64,000 nt of DNA, from positions 12,352 through 76,351 of the forward strand of contig NW_021833294.1 of assembly GCF_006345805.1 (NCBI RefSeq), written 5' to 3'. Source of the stretch: Octopus sinensis (taxonomy: Eukaryota). Within the stretch, counting starts at the first letter, position 1. Each line of letters starts with the position of its first letter. Position numbers and translations under genes: made by a program. Positions 50,385 through 62,130 of the stretch are shown one piece after another. The notes under the pieces were generated by a model that saw nothing but the letters and a program-made list of their open reading frames with translations, was not told the origin of the DNA and did no database searches.

Positions 50385-53300
50385 TGAGGTGTGTAAACAT
50401 GCTTGGTATTCCTGCTTGCTTCAGGACATCTTTGTTGGGGACATGATTCTGCCATTTGATGCCGAGGATTTTCCGGAGGCAGCGCAGGTGAAAGATATTT
50501 AGGCGATGCTCTTGGCATGTGTATGGTGTCCAAGTCTCATTTCCATATAGTAGAGTGCTAAGTACACATGCCTGGTAAATCTTTATTTTTGTGGTCTTGG
50601 TCAGCTTATTGTTGTCCCATGCCCATTTGGAGAGTTGGGCCATCAAGCAGTTGCCTTGCCAATGCGTATATTGAGCTCAGCATCAAGGGATAGGTTATAG
50701 GTAATGGTAGAGCCAAGATAGGTAAACTTCTCCACCTCCTGTAGTCTGTGGTCTCCAATATATGTTTGGGATGTCTGATGTAGCCTGACCCATGATGTCG
50801 GTCTTCTTGAGACTGATAACTAAGCCAAAGTCACTACATGCTTGCTCAAAACAGTTGATGAGCCTTTGCAAGGCTTTTTCTGTGTGTGATACCAGAGCAG
50901 CAGCATCAGCAAATAGTATCTCCTTGATCAGGACACTTCTGATTTTGGTCTTGGTATGCAGATGCGAGAGATTGAACAGTTTCCTGTCACTTCTACTGTG
51001 CAGAAACACTCCATCATGATGTCTCAAAGGCATGTGACAGCAGCAGCGAGAAGACAATGACAAATAATGTAGGAGCAAGGACACAACCTTGCTTTACCCT
51101 GTTTTTTATTTGGAAGGAGGCTAATGATGAACCATTGTGCTGTATGGTGCCTTGCATATCATCATGGAAAGATTTAATGATCTTCAGTTTTGGTGGACAT
51201 CTGATTTTTTGGAGCACGATGAAGAGGCCTTTTCTACTTACCAAGCCAACGGCCTTTGTCAGGTCAATGACGGCCATATATAATGGCATTCTCTGATCTC
51301 TGGACTTCTCCTGAAGTTGGCATATGGAGAATATCATGTCAATAGTTGATCTGCTTCTTCTAAAGCCACACTGTGATTCTGGATAAATTTGAGAAGTAAG
51401 CAGTTGTAGCCTGGACAGGATAACGTGAGCAAAGGTCTTTCCAACAGTGCTTAGAAGTGATATTCCATGGTAATTGTTACAATCACCACGGTCACCTTTG
51501 TTTTTCTAAAGCATAATGATGTTAGCATCCCGCATATCCTGAGCGACTGTATCATCTTCCCAGCACTGACACAGAAGCTCATGAAGGTGCTGAAGCAGGA
51601 CAGTGTTTTTGCCAGCTTTGAATATCTATGAGTGGATGCCATCTTTTCCCAGAGCCTTGTTACTGGCTAGGAAGTCAATAACCTTGTTGAGCTCTGCAAT
51701 AGATGACAGATTGTCAAGTTCACACATGACTGGCAAGATCTTGACACCCTCAATTGCAGCCTCAGCTACTGTGGTCTCCCGTGAGTAGAGATCCTGGTAG
51801 TACTCTACCCATCTATCCATTTGCTTGATTTGGTCCTTGATGAGATCTCCAGTAATTGATTTCAGAGGGTCTGACTTGGTTGCAGATGGACCGAGGGACT
51901 TCTTCAAACCAGCATACATCCCACGGGTGTCACTACTGTCAGCAGCTGACTGGATACTCTGACACATTTCCTGCCAATACCTATTTGCACAGCGTCTGGC
52001 AGTCAGTTGGGTTTTACTTCTTGCCTTTTTGAGTTCTTTGAGTGTCTTTGTAGAAGAATCACTCTTGTATTGCATCAGAGCTGTGCGATTTGCTTCAATA
52101 ACTGGTTCCAGCTCTGAGAGCCCAGCACTGAACCAATCTGGGTTTTGCCTTTCTCTCATGCTGAAAGTATCTATTGACGTGGTATACACAGCTTCCCTGA
52201 TATAATTCCACCTACTTTCAGCAGAGGAGGTTGGGCAGCTACTGAGGGCAACCTTGATAGAAACAGCAAAACATTTTTGCAGTGTAGAGTCTGAGGTTCT
52301 GGCAGTGTTAATGCATGGTTGGCCCATTTTCTTGGAGCGATGGACATTTTTAGGCAGAATCCTCACCCTGCTTCTTATTAGTGAATGATTTGTGTCATAA
52401 TCTGCACTGTGGTAACTACGGGTCAGTTGAACAGAATTCAGAAAGGATCTTCATGTAATGATGAGATCCAACTGATGCCAGTTGTGAGATCTTGGATGTC
52501 TCCAAGATGCCTTGTGGGATGGCTTGTTGGCAAAGAATGTGTTGGTGATGCACAGGTTATGGTATGTGCAAAATTCAAGTAGTCTCTACCATTGTCATTC
52601 ATGTTGCCAATACCAAAGTGTCCAACACAAATGGGCCATGAATCATGGTCAGATCCCACGTAAGCACTAAAATCTCCTAGAAGGTAGCTGTTTTTATTGG
52701 TTGGTATATTTCTAATGACACAGTTGAGATCTTTGTAGAACTGGTTCTTGGTCTCCTCTGAGCTGTAGAGAGTGGGAGCATAGATGCTCAGTAGATGTAC
52801 TGAGCCAAAAGAGGTTGGGAAGCGCAGTGAGAGGATACGCTCAGTGCCTCCTGATGGTGGTTCTGTTGAGGAGAGTAATGAGTTTCTCACTGCAAAGCCA
52901 ACACCATGCTGACGAGGTTCTTCTGGATCGCTTCCCTGCCAAAAAAAGTGAAATCCTGTTCTTTGTGTTTGCCATTTCAGGGGAGTCTTGTCTCCTGCAG
53001 TTCAGCAATGTATATGTTAAGTCTCTTTAGTTCACGGTCAATGATGGCCGTCTTTCGTGTGTTTTCAACCCTGAGTAGGTCATTAGATATGCCAGGGCAC
53101 ATGGTCCTGACATTCCAGCTTGCTAACTGCAGGACTGGTAGTTTCTTGTCTTTCAGTTGTTTGCCTGATGCAGAGGTTGCAGGCCATTTTTCAAGTCAAA
53201 CTCTTAGCTCCAAGCACCCAATGAAGCAGGCGGCCTGTGATGGGTCAGTACCTTATTAACCGGGGGGCTGCCCAGCTTGAGGTGGGCAGTAGTTAACCAA

Positions 53301-53775
53301 TGAGACACGGGGGTCCCTTCCACCATCAGAGGTAACCCGTAGCGCCCATATCTTACACCAATCTGAATAGACTTATCACTAGTGACTGCTACCTCCCATG
53401 TCTTTTCTGCAGCTTTTTACAGCAGCACTGAAGTGTCCTTTCCAGTTTTGCGCAGGCCTGGGCTAGAAATAAGAAAATCCTGGGTAGCCCAATCATCAGG
53501 ATTCCTCTCTCAACCTTTCTAATATAGCCCAAAGGAGTGCAGAGCATTATGTTTGGCACCAGCTTGGTTGCAGGAGCTGCCGGAAGAGTGTCGAGTTGAA
53601 CACTAAACCGCCTTCAGGGCTCCACTCTGGATATCTTTGAAGGTTGTCTCCTTTCCATAACTCTGGATAGAGGCCCATACCAGGTACTGTCAGCCAGAGC
53701 CAGCTGAGCCCGGGACTCATGTCAGGCTGGGTCATCACTCCCTGAAGTAGTGAAGAAAATCGCTACCCACTACTC
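50385..53775 (-). mobile_element. BovB-like RTE LINE with 5' UTR, APE and RT, 3'-truncated
   Basis: LASWNVRTM, SIYAPT, LLGDF, QGCVLAPTLF, LFADAAAL, IYQACVLSTLLYGNETW; many frameshifts. Confidence 0.9.
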
Positions 53776-53834
<59 letters not shown>

Positions 53835-55380
53835 CTACCAGCATAGCCCGGCGCTGTCTAGGATTAAGTTAGGATTATTAAGCTAATCAAGTGCTTTGTT
53901 TCAAACCAAACTAAGTAACACGGACATCAAATCTGAGTGAAATCTGTTGAAATTGGTAAACGTTTGGCTGAAAATAGATTGCAGACAAATAGATTGAGAA
54001 ATCCATAAAGAATCGTTTTATCAATTTTTTCACTCATCGATTGCTTTTTTTTGGGGGGGGGGGATTTAAAGCATTCAAAGATCCCATTAGTCCTAAGTAA
54101 TGTCGGCATCAAGTCTGAACAAAACTGGTAAAAGTTATGGTTGAACATAGGCTGTAGCCAATTTTAGTGGGAAATTCTATAAGGAATTGGTTTATTGATT
54201 TTTCACCCTGATTGAATGGAAAACCCCATAAGGAATCAGTTTATTGGTTTTTCACCCCAAATAGGACTTAACTGAACACAACATTGCTGATTCAAAAAAT
54301 CTATATTTATACTTTAAAGTTGGTTTTCATACCCAATCCAGTTTTGCAGAATCATTGTCACGATGGGAACACACGGGTTTGGAGTTTGACTGGCAGAGGT
54401 GATGAGGTTGCTCATGCCTGCCCTTTCGAACCCTAACCCCATCATCTAACCTGCTACCCTCACTAGGCCATGGGCTGGGAGCCCATCCGGCAAGGAAAAT
54501 AGAATGCCCAAAAGGGCTTCCGATCCTCTGTGTCAGAAGAGGTTATGTTCGGATTACAACTAAGCCTTAACCTAAGCTTAAGCTAACCTAGGGAAAGGGG
54601 GCCTGGGAGCCTCTAAAAGGCAGCGACTAATCCCAATCTAGTCCTAACCCCTCCTAGGGGTACTATCAGTCAAGGCTGTATCAAAAATATACATTAGAGA
54701 AGGTTGCACTGAAGATCTGCATTGGAGAAGGTTGCATCGAAGGTTTGCATTGGAGATCTGCAGTGAAAAAGGTTGACTCAAAGATTTGGATTGGATAAGG
54801 TTGCATTAGAGAAGGTTAATTCAAAGGTTTGCATTGAGGATCCAGATTGGAGTAACTTAGGAAAACTCACCAATAGCCTTAACAAAAAAACAAGGGGCCT
54901 GGCCCTTGAAGCCTAACTCTATGAGCAACTTGACCAAGTACTAATATCAGCCGAGTGAGCATTGTTGTTGCAGAAGTCAACATTGTCCAATAAAGGAGAG
55001 GAAGAGTCCATGAGTCATGCTGCCATGGTTTGAGAATATGTCTGGCCAATGCTTCCGTATCACCTGTTTATAACCATATCATCTGCAGTGATGACTTCTT
55101 GTTCTTTCTACGTCGCTATAGACGACATTGCGTGTTCTGCCCTGAGGAGCATACACAAAAGAGTGTTTCTACTCCCCACACAGAAGCAGGCCACATAAAG
55201 TTGCCCATGTGAAAAGCATGGCTCCCCTAAATGGATGACCGCCACTGATAGTGTTCAGCCTTGGGATTTGTTGATGAACATAGCGATCTGCGGATGTTAA
55301 ATGGTATGTCTGACCCCGTGGGATAAAGGTGCATCCTTGAAATGAAAACATTTCCCCACTCCCATTCCCCATAACAATGC
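53835..55380 (-). mobile_element. Second Helitron: helicase C-terminus and long 3' region with a degenerate end
   Basis: 55105-55375 reads AMFINKSQG*TL..GEPCFSHGQLYVAC..YAPQGRTRNVVY; end is a weak hairpin plus GTAG (CTAG variant) at 53835-53862. Confidence 0.7.
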
Positions 55381-55394
55381 ATATAGTAACATAA

Positions 55395-57050
55395 TTTTTG
55401 GAGAAATAACCAGTTTCATATTTTCTTTTCAAATTTCTAAATGAAACCATTAAAAAATCACCAGACGTACATACATACACCAAACCCAGGGGACCTAAAA
55501 CTACGACAAATTGTAGCTGGCCCAGCCTGTGAAACACAAAGACTAAGTCTATTTATGGTCATCCTCCTTAAACACATCAATAGCCATACCAGAGGTGACT
55601 TGGATATGTTAAATCACCTTCCAAAAAAAGTCAAGGAAGAAACAATTATGGTTTCATTTGATGTAGTTAATTTATATACTAGTATACCTAATAATTATGG
55701 GAAAGAGGCAATTCAGTTCTGGCTGGATCAATTTCTGGAAGAAATACCAAAAAGGATCAGTAAAAAATTCATAACTAAATTGGTTGAATTCATCCTACAA
55801 ATTAACCACGTCATGATTAACAATGCATTTTTCCATTCAAAATCCAATTTGTTATGGGTACTAGGGCAGCACCAGTCATTGCAAACCTAACAATGAGCTA
55901 CCTGGAGGTAATAAGATGCCAGGAATCTTTATCTACCTTTGGAAACCCCCTTTCCGAATACATAAAAGAAAATTGAAAAAGTTTCCTAGACGACTGTTTC
56001 ATAATCTGGAATGAAAACAAAGATAAACTCCTAAATTTCAAAAGCCTATTGAACAGCATCAACCCAAACATACAGTTCACAATGAAGTACAACCAAAAGG
56101 AGCTTCCATTCTTAGATATACTAATTAAAAAAATAAACCTAAAAACAGAAATGGACATATTTTACAAAACCACAGATGCCAAACAATATCTACTTTTTGA
56201 TTCATGCCACCCAAGACACACCAAAACAAACATCCCATTCAACCTTGCAAGAAGGATATGCACAATAGTGTCAGAACAAAATACCAGAAACTTTAAATAG
56301 CAAGAACTCAAAAACACCCTAATTGACAGACACTACCCAGTTCAACTCATAGAGGATGGAATCAGACGTGCAACACAATTGACAGAGAAACCTTAAGAAA
56401 AGTTCAACACAGCAACACACCTTCACCAAAAAAACTGCTGTACATATCAACATACAACCCCAGAAACAAAGAAGCTTTCACCATCATCACCCAAAATTTA
56501 CCAATGCTACATAAGGATCCCAAATTAAAGAAAATTTTACATATACATAAACTCATTAAAAGCTACAAACAACCGAAATCACTAAAAAAGATCCTCACAA
56601 AGGCAAAATTATTTTCTAAAATAACGGATGCAAAAGTGAAGAAATGTGGTAGACCACATTGCACAACATGCCCAAACCTTCTAGAAGGATCAGAATTCCT
56701 CTTCAAGGAGGGACAAAAATTCAAAATCAAATCAAATTTTACTTGTGCTTCAGAAAACCTGATTTATGCCATAAGATTCTTGGGCTGCCACCAAAACTAC
56801 ATAGGGTCCACGGGATTATCGCTCAGATGCAGATGCACTCTGCATCGACAGCAGATTGCATTCCCATAATACAGAATGATACCCTTTAGTGAACATATTG
56901 AGTAATGTGCAAAGCAACTACTACCACAATTTATAATCTTTCCATTCTATCAATGTACCATTGGAACACCAACACAAGTTAGATTAAATAAGGAAACCTT
57001 CATTGAAAAATATAAGCCAAAACTTAACCATTTCTAACATTTTTAAATAA
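55395..57050 (+). mobile_element. Penelope-like element (RT plus GIY-YIG), possibly Neptune-like
   Basis: VSFDVVNLYTSIP; LPFLDIL; SCHPRHTK; CGRPHCTTC linker; TCASENLIY..YIGST. Confidence 0.88.
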
Positions 57051-57164
57051 GGAAACTCACCTCATTGAAAAAAATATAAAGCAAAACCTAACCACTTGTA
57101 ACATTATATTCCTTCTAAACCAAATCATGTTAAATTAGTCATTCCCAACATGCTTGATTATCTC

Positions 57165-57615
57165 CTGTGTAAACTGTGGTATGGAGGTATGATATCTACT
57201 ATGTATATTTCCTATTTAGTATTGGGGAGGTTTCCTTTATAAGGATGTACTCCCGTATTTGTCTGAGTGTTGGGTCTTTTGGGTGCTTGGATAAGATGTG
57301 GATGTCAAGTTGACCCAAGTTACCTCCATGGTGGTCGAGTATGGAGGACTGTTTTTTGTCATCATATTGTCTCAGATGTTCATTTAGTCATTCCGCAATG
57401 CTCCTAGATGTCTCCCCTATGTACATCATGCTCATGTCTTTACAAGCACCTTCTGTGCATCTTATGCTGTAAACTACATTTTGAGGTCTACAGTTAATGC
57501 CAGGGTTAATCCTACTTACCATGCAGTTATCATTGGTGCATATGGTATTCTCAAAGGGGTACATCCTACATAGTTGTGATCTAACGGAGTTCCCTGACTT
57601 TTCAAACCCTGGCAT
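57165..57615 (-). mobile_element. Second Penelope-like GIY-YIG fragment
   Basis: NCRPQNVVYSIRC..MYIGETSRSIAE.LNEH, ending ..EYILIKETSPILNRK*. Confidence 0.75.
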
Positions 57616-57707
57616 TAACTGTAGACCTCAAAATGTAGTTTACAGCAGAAGATGCATAGAAGGTGTTTATAAAGACATGAACATGATGTACATAGGGGAG
57701 ACATCTA
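57405..57707. repeat. 103-bp inverted repeat with a 97-bp spacer
   Basis: Arms 57405-57507 and 57605-57707 with about 6 mismatches. Confidence 0.9.
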
Positions 57708-58547
57708 TATTAAGTATGCAATATGTATAAATATTAAACTATTTCTAATATAATTTCTTTTCCCCCCTCTATTGTGGTAAAAGTTTGATATATACTCAAA
57801 AGTATTCATAAATTTCTATCTTTTGTTACAATATTCTTCTTAATAACCTTTTGAATAACTTCATCTGTATACAATATAGCAACATTGTTTTATAGTATTC
57901 AACTATAGTACTACATGATAAGACTTCCCCTGTTTCATTATCAATGGTCTGCTAGTGGGTGACCCCTTAATTATCAGCTAACATCTTGTTTCAAGTTTTT
58001 TCTTACAAAACCTCATGACACTGCTTCTAATAAATCTTGATTTTTATGTCTATACCATCTAAAATGTCTGTTTACTCCATCAACCCTACCCCAAACAGAT
58101 ACTACCCTCTGTTTCTCTCAGCCTTAAATATACAAGGGATATGATAAACTAGTCTATAAAGTAAAACTGACCCCATGAAAAAACAACAAAACAAAAAATC
58201 AATGACAGGCAGTGTCTTCTTGAAAAAATTTTAGTTACGACTGTGCTGTTGTAGGTACAAGATGTTCTTTGTCTATCTCCTTAACTTCTTGGAGATTTTA
58301 GGTAAAATTACACTAATGTGTCCATCTGTTTTAATTTAATTAAATTCTGTCTTTGTGCAGCTAAAGATTGCTCTACATATTAAATTGACATAATGATTGC
58401 ATTGTTCAATTAAATGGAGTTGCATGAAATGATCATACTGCATTATCTCTGGATATCTTTGTTGCTTATTTTGATTATATATATATATGATAATAATAAT
58501 GATAATAATAATAATAATAATAATAATATAATAATAATAATTTTATT

Positions 58548-60270
58548 ATTAGGGTGTATAACTCTAAACTTGCAGGGAAAAATTGAGATTAGACGAACTT
58601 GTAAGGTGGTCAAGGATGCTATTTAGTGCAAAAAAGTCGCGTAGTCTGACATTTGTTAAGGGAGTGCAGAAAGAATTTAAATTTCGAATATCCAAAGAAA
58701 GCATTCCAACAGTCAAGGAAGAGCCCGTCAAGAGCTTGGGACGAGTATACACTGGAACATTGTCAGACAGAAGTTGTGGGATTGAAATTATGAAACAGGC
58801 TGAGGCTGGGTTATCAGCGATTGATAATTCGAAGTTACCAGGTAAATATAAAATTTGGTGCTTGCAGCTCTTTATCGTAAAAGAGGTTTGTTGCAGCTAC
58901 CAATAGCATCAATAGTCGAAATATATAAGCTAGGGAAGATACGGACGGTCATGATGCTGAGAGAATCGAAAGATATGGAAATCAGGCGTAACCCACCAGA
59001 GGTTAAAACAGCCAGGAAGTGGAAAGCAGAAGCAGAAACTGACGACATCTTGTCTTCTCTTATACACAGAGATGTGGTGGGAGCAACGCAGAACCATCGG
59101 AAAGGACTTGGTTTTGGCACGGATCAGTTCAGACCGTTTGCAAGCATGATGCGGAGTGAACGCAGATCTGTTGTTAGCAACAGCGTCAAAACAAGAGAAG
59201 CAGAGAGAAGAGAGCTTCATTTGATACGATGTGTTCATCAAGGTCAGATGATGAGATGGGAAGAACATGTTGTTGAGAGGAAGATAAGTTGGGATGAGAT
59301 GTGGAAGTGGACGACATCTCAGCTGAGTTTCCTGATTCGTTCATCTTATGATGTTTTGCCATCACCTACGAATCTAATAAGATGGAACGTCTCAGGGAAT
59401 GACATCTGCAAATGTGGAAAGGTCGATACACTAAAACATATTCTTTCCAACTGTTCATTAGCATTGAACAGGTATACATGGAGGCACAACTTGGTCCTTA
59501 AGGTTATCTTCAATGCTATAAAGAACCAAATTCATCTCAACAACACTGAGGAGAAACCGTTGAAAGTACCATCAAGAGATTTCATTACCTTTGTGCGACC
59601 AGGTCAGCAGATCCGTTTCAAGAAGATCAAGAAACTTCCTGAGAGAAATGAAAAGTGGAACGGCTATTGGGAGGTAACTGCAGATTTACCTGGGTGCCAA
59701 GTTTTCTTTCCCATCCCAGTTACGAAAAAACCAGATATTTTGATGTGGGGTGAAAGAAAGAAAGTTGTAAATATAGTCGAGCTAACGGTTCCTCATGAAG
59801 ATAATATGGACGCCGCTCGGGCTCGAAAATTGAACCGTTATTTAAAGCTCCTCGTGGAATGTGAAGACGCAGGCTGGAAAGCGGAACATTTTCCTATCGA
59901 AGTCGGATGTAGAGGGTTTGTTGGACACAGCGTGAGACGACTGTTGTTATCTCTAGGCCTAACTCATCATAAAGTCAATACCACCATGACTGATATCCAA
60001 TCTACAGTGGAGAAGGCTAGCCACTGGATTTGGTTAAAAAGAGACGATGAGCGATGACTAGAAGGATATTGAGTTTAACTTTATAACCAGCTGATCTAGC
60101 AAGCGGGGCCTCATATCAGTGAGGGGGCCGCTGTGCATTGATGCCGTCGAGAGGTAGGCCCCAAAACGGCACGCATTCTCACCTGATGACCCCATACACT
60201 TGCTGGCTTCCGGTATACGGAGCTTTTGACTGGTAGCACTTGCATGTGCAAGTTGTTTGCAAGACATCTA
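58548..60270 (+). mobile_element. HERO/NeSL-like restriction-like-endonuclease non-LTR retrotransposon, 5'-truncated
   Basis: RT end WSRMLFSAKKSRSL..PVKSLGRVY..LPGKYKIWC; CCHC-type CKCG..HILSNC; KPD..VELTVPHE..K..Y; IEVGCRGF. Confidence 0.85.
58855..60057 (+). pseudogene. Open 400-aa C-terminal part of the RLE element: zinc knuckle and PD-(D/E)xK nuclease
   Basis: Uninterrupted ORF with the motifs above and a stop at 60057; separated from the upstream RT by a frameshift. Confidence 0.8.
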
Positions 60271-60290
60271 AAATCAAATTTCACAATATA

Positions 60291-61890
60291 AATATATATA
60301 TATAAATGAGAAAAACAATTATTATATAATTCAAACAATGATCGATGTAAATCATACTATATAGAAAAAATAAAATATATGATAAAACACTTACCTAGAT
60401 CACAATAAATTATATAATAAATAAACAAACAGTATATAATTAGTAAAAAGACTACGTATATTTCGTGGCTATATCTTCAATTTGAATTACAATTAAATTT
60501 AAATTTAGATTTAATCAATCCAAAAACAATTCAATTTAAAAGTATAGTCACTCCTCAGGTCAACAATAATAATAATAAATACATATTTTTAATAAATAAT
60601 CAAACAGAATTAAACAATATTTCTTAAAGAAATAAAACATGATTCTTCTTATAAAAGAAATTCTATTAACTAAATCTTAAACTTAAAAAGTATGACCAAG
60701 TGTTTATAATACAATTATCACATTAAAAACCTAACGTGAAAAAATAGGGTAAATAGATAGTAATATGTAATTTATTTGTGAAAATATATTTTAACTTTGA
60801 TAATAATCTAAACAAGCTATAGTATATCTTTACTGGAAAAATATATGAGTACAATTAATTAAAATAAAAATACTTAAAATACATCATATACTTAAGTTAA
60901 GCTAAATTACTATAATTTAATCTATATTCATTAATTAATTAAATAATATATTTATTTACTAATTAAAATCAACATCTAATTTGATACGATTCTAACTATG
61001 TACTAAACCCTACACAAACATGTGTACACTTATAATATATCTTATATCAACAATGCTGCAGCCACAACCCTGCAATAGTATTTTGTATATATTTAAAAAA
61101 TATACTCACAAATAATTAAAACTTATTAAATTAATTTATGTCTAGAAGTAATATTTCGCTCATTGATAGAATAAACAAAGTAATTATTATTATTATTAAA
61201 TTCAATAGTATATAAAGAAAAAAAGCTTTTCACTACCTATACTGTAATATTTTACGTTACAAACTATTTCACAAAACAACCACGAATAATACTTTTAGAT
61301 TTTAGTTCACATATAATAATTATAATAATAAGAATAATTAAATAAATGTATGTATCTTAAATTATAATTATATAAAAAAAAATTACAAATACATATTTTT
61401 TTAATCAATAATCATATGAATTTCACCATTATTTCTTAAATAAAATGTATACTTATTTTTTCAAAGATATTTTTTGAACTAAAAAATTTTAAATTAAAAC
61501 ATATAACTTAGTCCAGATCAAATATTTTGAATATTAAGGGAATAACGAAAGTACTTATTATTATTATTCAATTCAATAGTACAAAAGAAATTAAAACTTT
61601 TCATTACCTATACTATAATATTTTACATTACAAACTATATCACAAAGCAACCACACTTAATGTTTTGATTAACTTTAAATTTAATTGTAATTTAGATTGA
61701 AAATATGGCCACAAAATATATGTAGTCTATTTACTATTTATATACTGTTTGTTTATTTATTATTATGTACTTTATTGTGATCTTGGTAAATGTTTTATCA
61801 TATATTTTATTTTCTCTATATGGTATGATTTACATCTATCATTGTTTGAATTACATAATAGTGGTTTTTCTCAAATTTATATATATATAT
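60291..61890. mobile_element. AT-rich element with ~215-bp inverted ends (probable Penelope-type pseudo-LTR derivative)
   Basis: 60291-60503 is the diverged reverse complement of 61674-61890; ~110-bp direct repeats near 61180 and 61555; contains a hammerhead motif. Confidence 0.65.
60450..60561 (-). ncRNA. Type I hammerhead ribozyme motif with a long AT-rich stem II loop
   Basis: GAC-CTGAGGA-GTGACTATA..TATAGCCAC-GAAA-TATACG-TA-GTC. Confidence 0.6.
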
Positions 61891-61946
61891 TACGGAGATA
61901 TACTTGCATAGCGAGTGACTTGATCTGAGTTCATGTGATGGAATGA

Positions 61947-62120
61947 AAACAATTGCAGTGTGGAAGGTGTTTATAAACCATTTAAGAAACACACAAAAAC
62001 CGTTAGATTCACTTCAACATTTAAATTTAATTTGTCAAAATATTTTCGTCGCTTTGAGACCGCGACCTGTTCACTGACAAAACTTTGTGCTTATAAACAC
62101 CTTCCACACTGCAATTGTTT
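61947..62120. repeat. Perfect 30-bp inverted repeat enclosing the variant hammerhead
   Basis: AAACAATTGCAGTGTGGAAGGTGTTTATAA (61947-61976) and its exact reverse complement (62091-62120). Confidence 0.95.
62031..62081 (-). ncRNA. Variant hammerhead-like ribozyme (G3-C8 core)
   Basis: TTTGTCA-GTGAACA-G-GTCGC-ggtctcaaa-GCGAC-GAA-AATATT-T-TGACAAA. Confidence 0.6.
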
Positions 62121-62130
62121 ATATATATAT

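Noticed and set aside
54428-54660. Telomere-like CCCTAA words
   Set aside because: Isolated and degenerate; not a tandem telomeric array
60183-60189. CTGATGA in the 3' UTR of the HERO-like element
   Set aside because: No downstream stem II and GAAA
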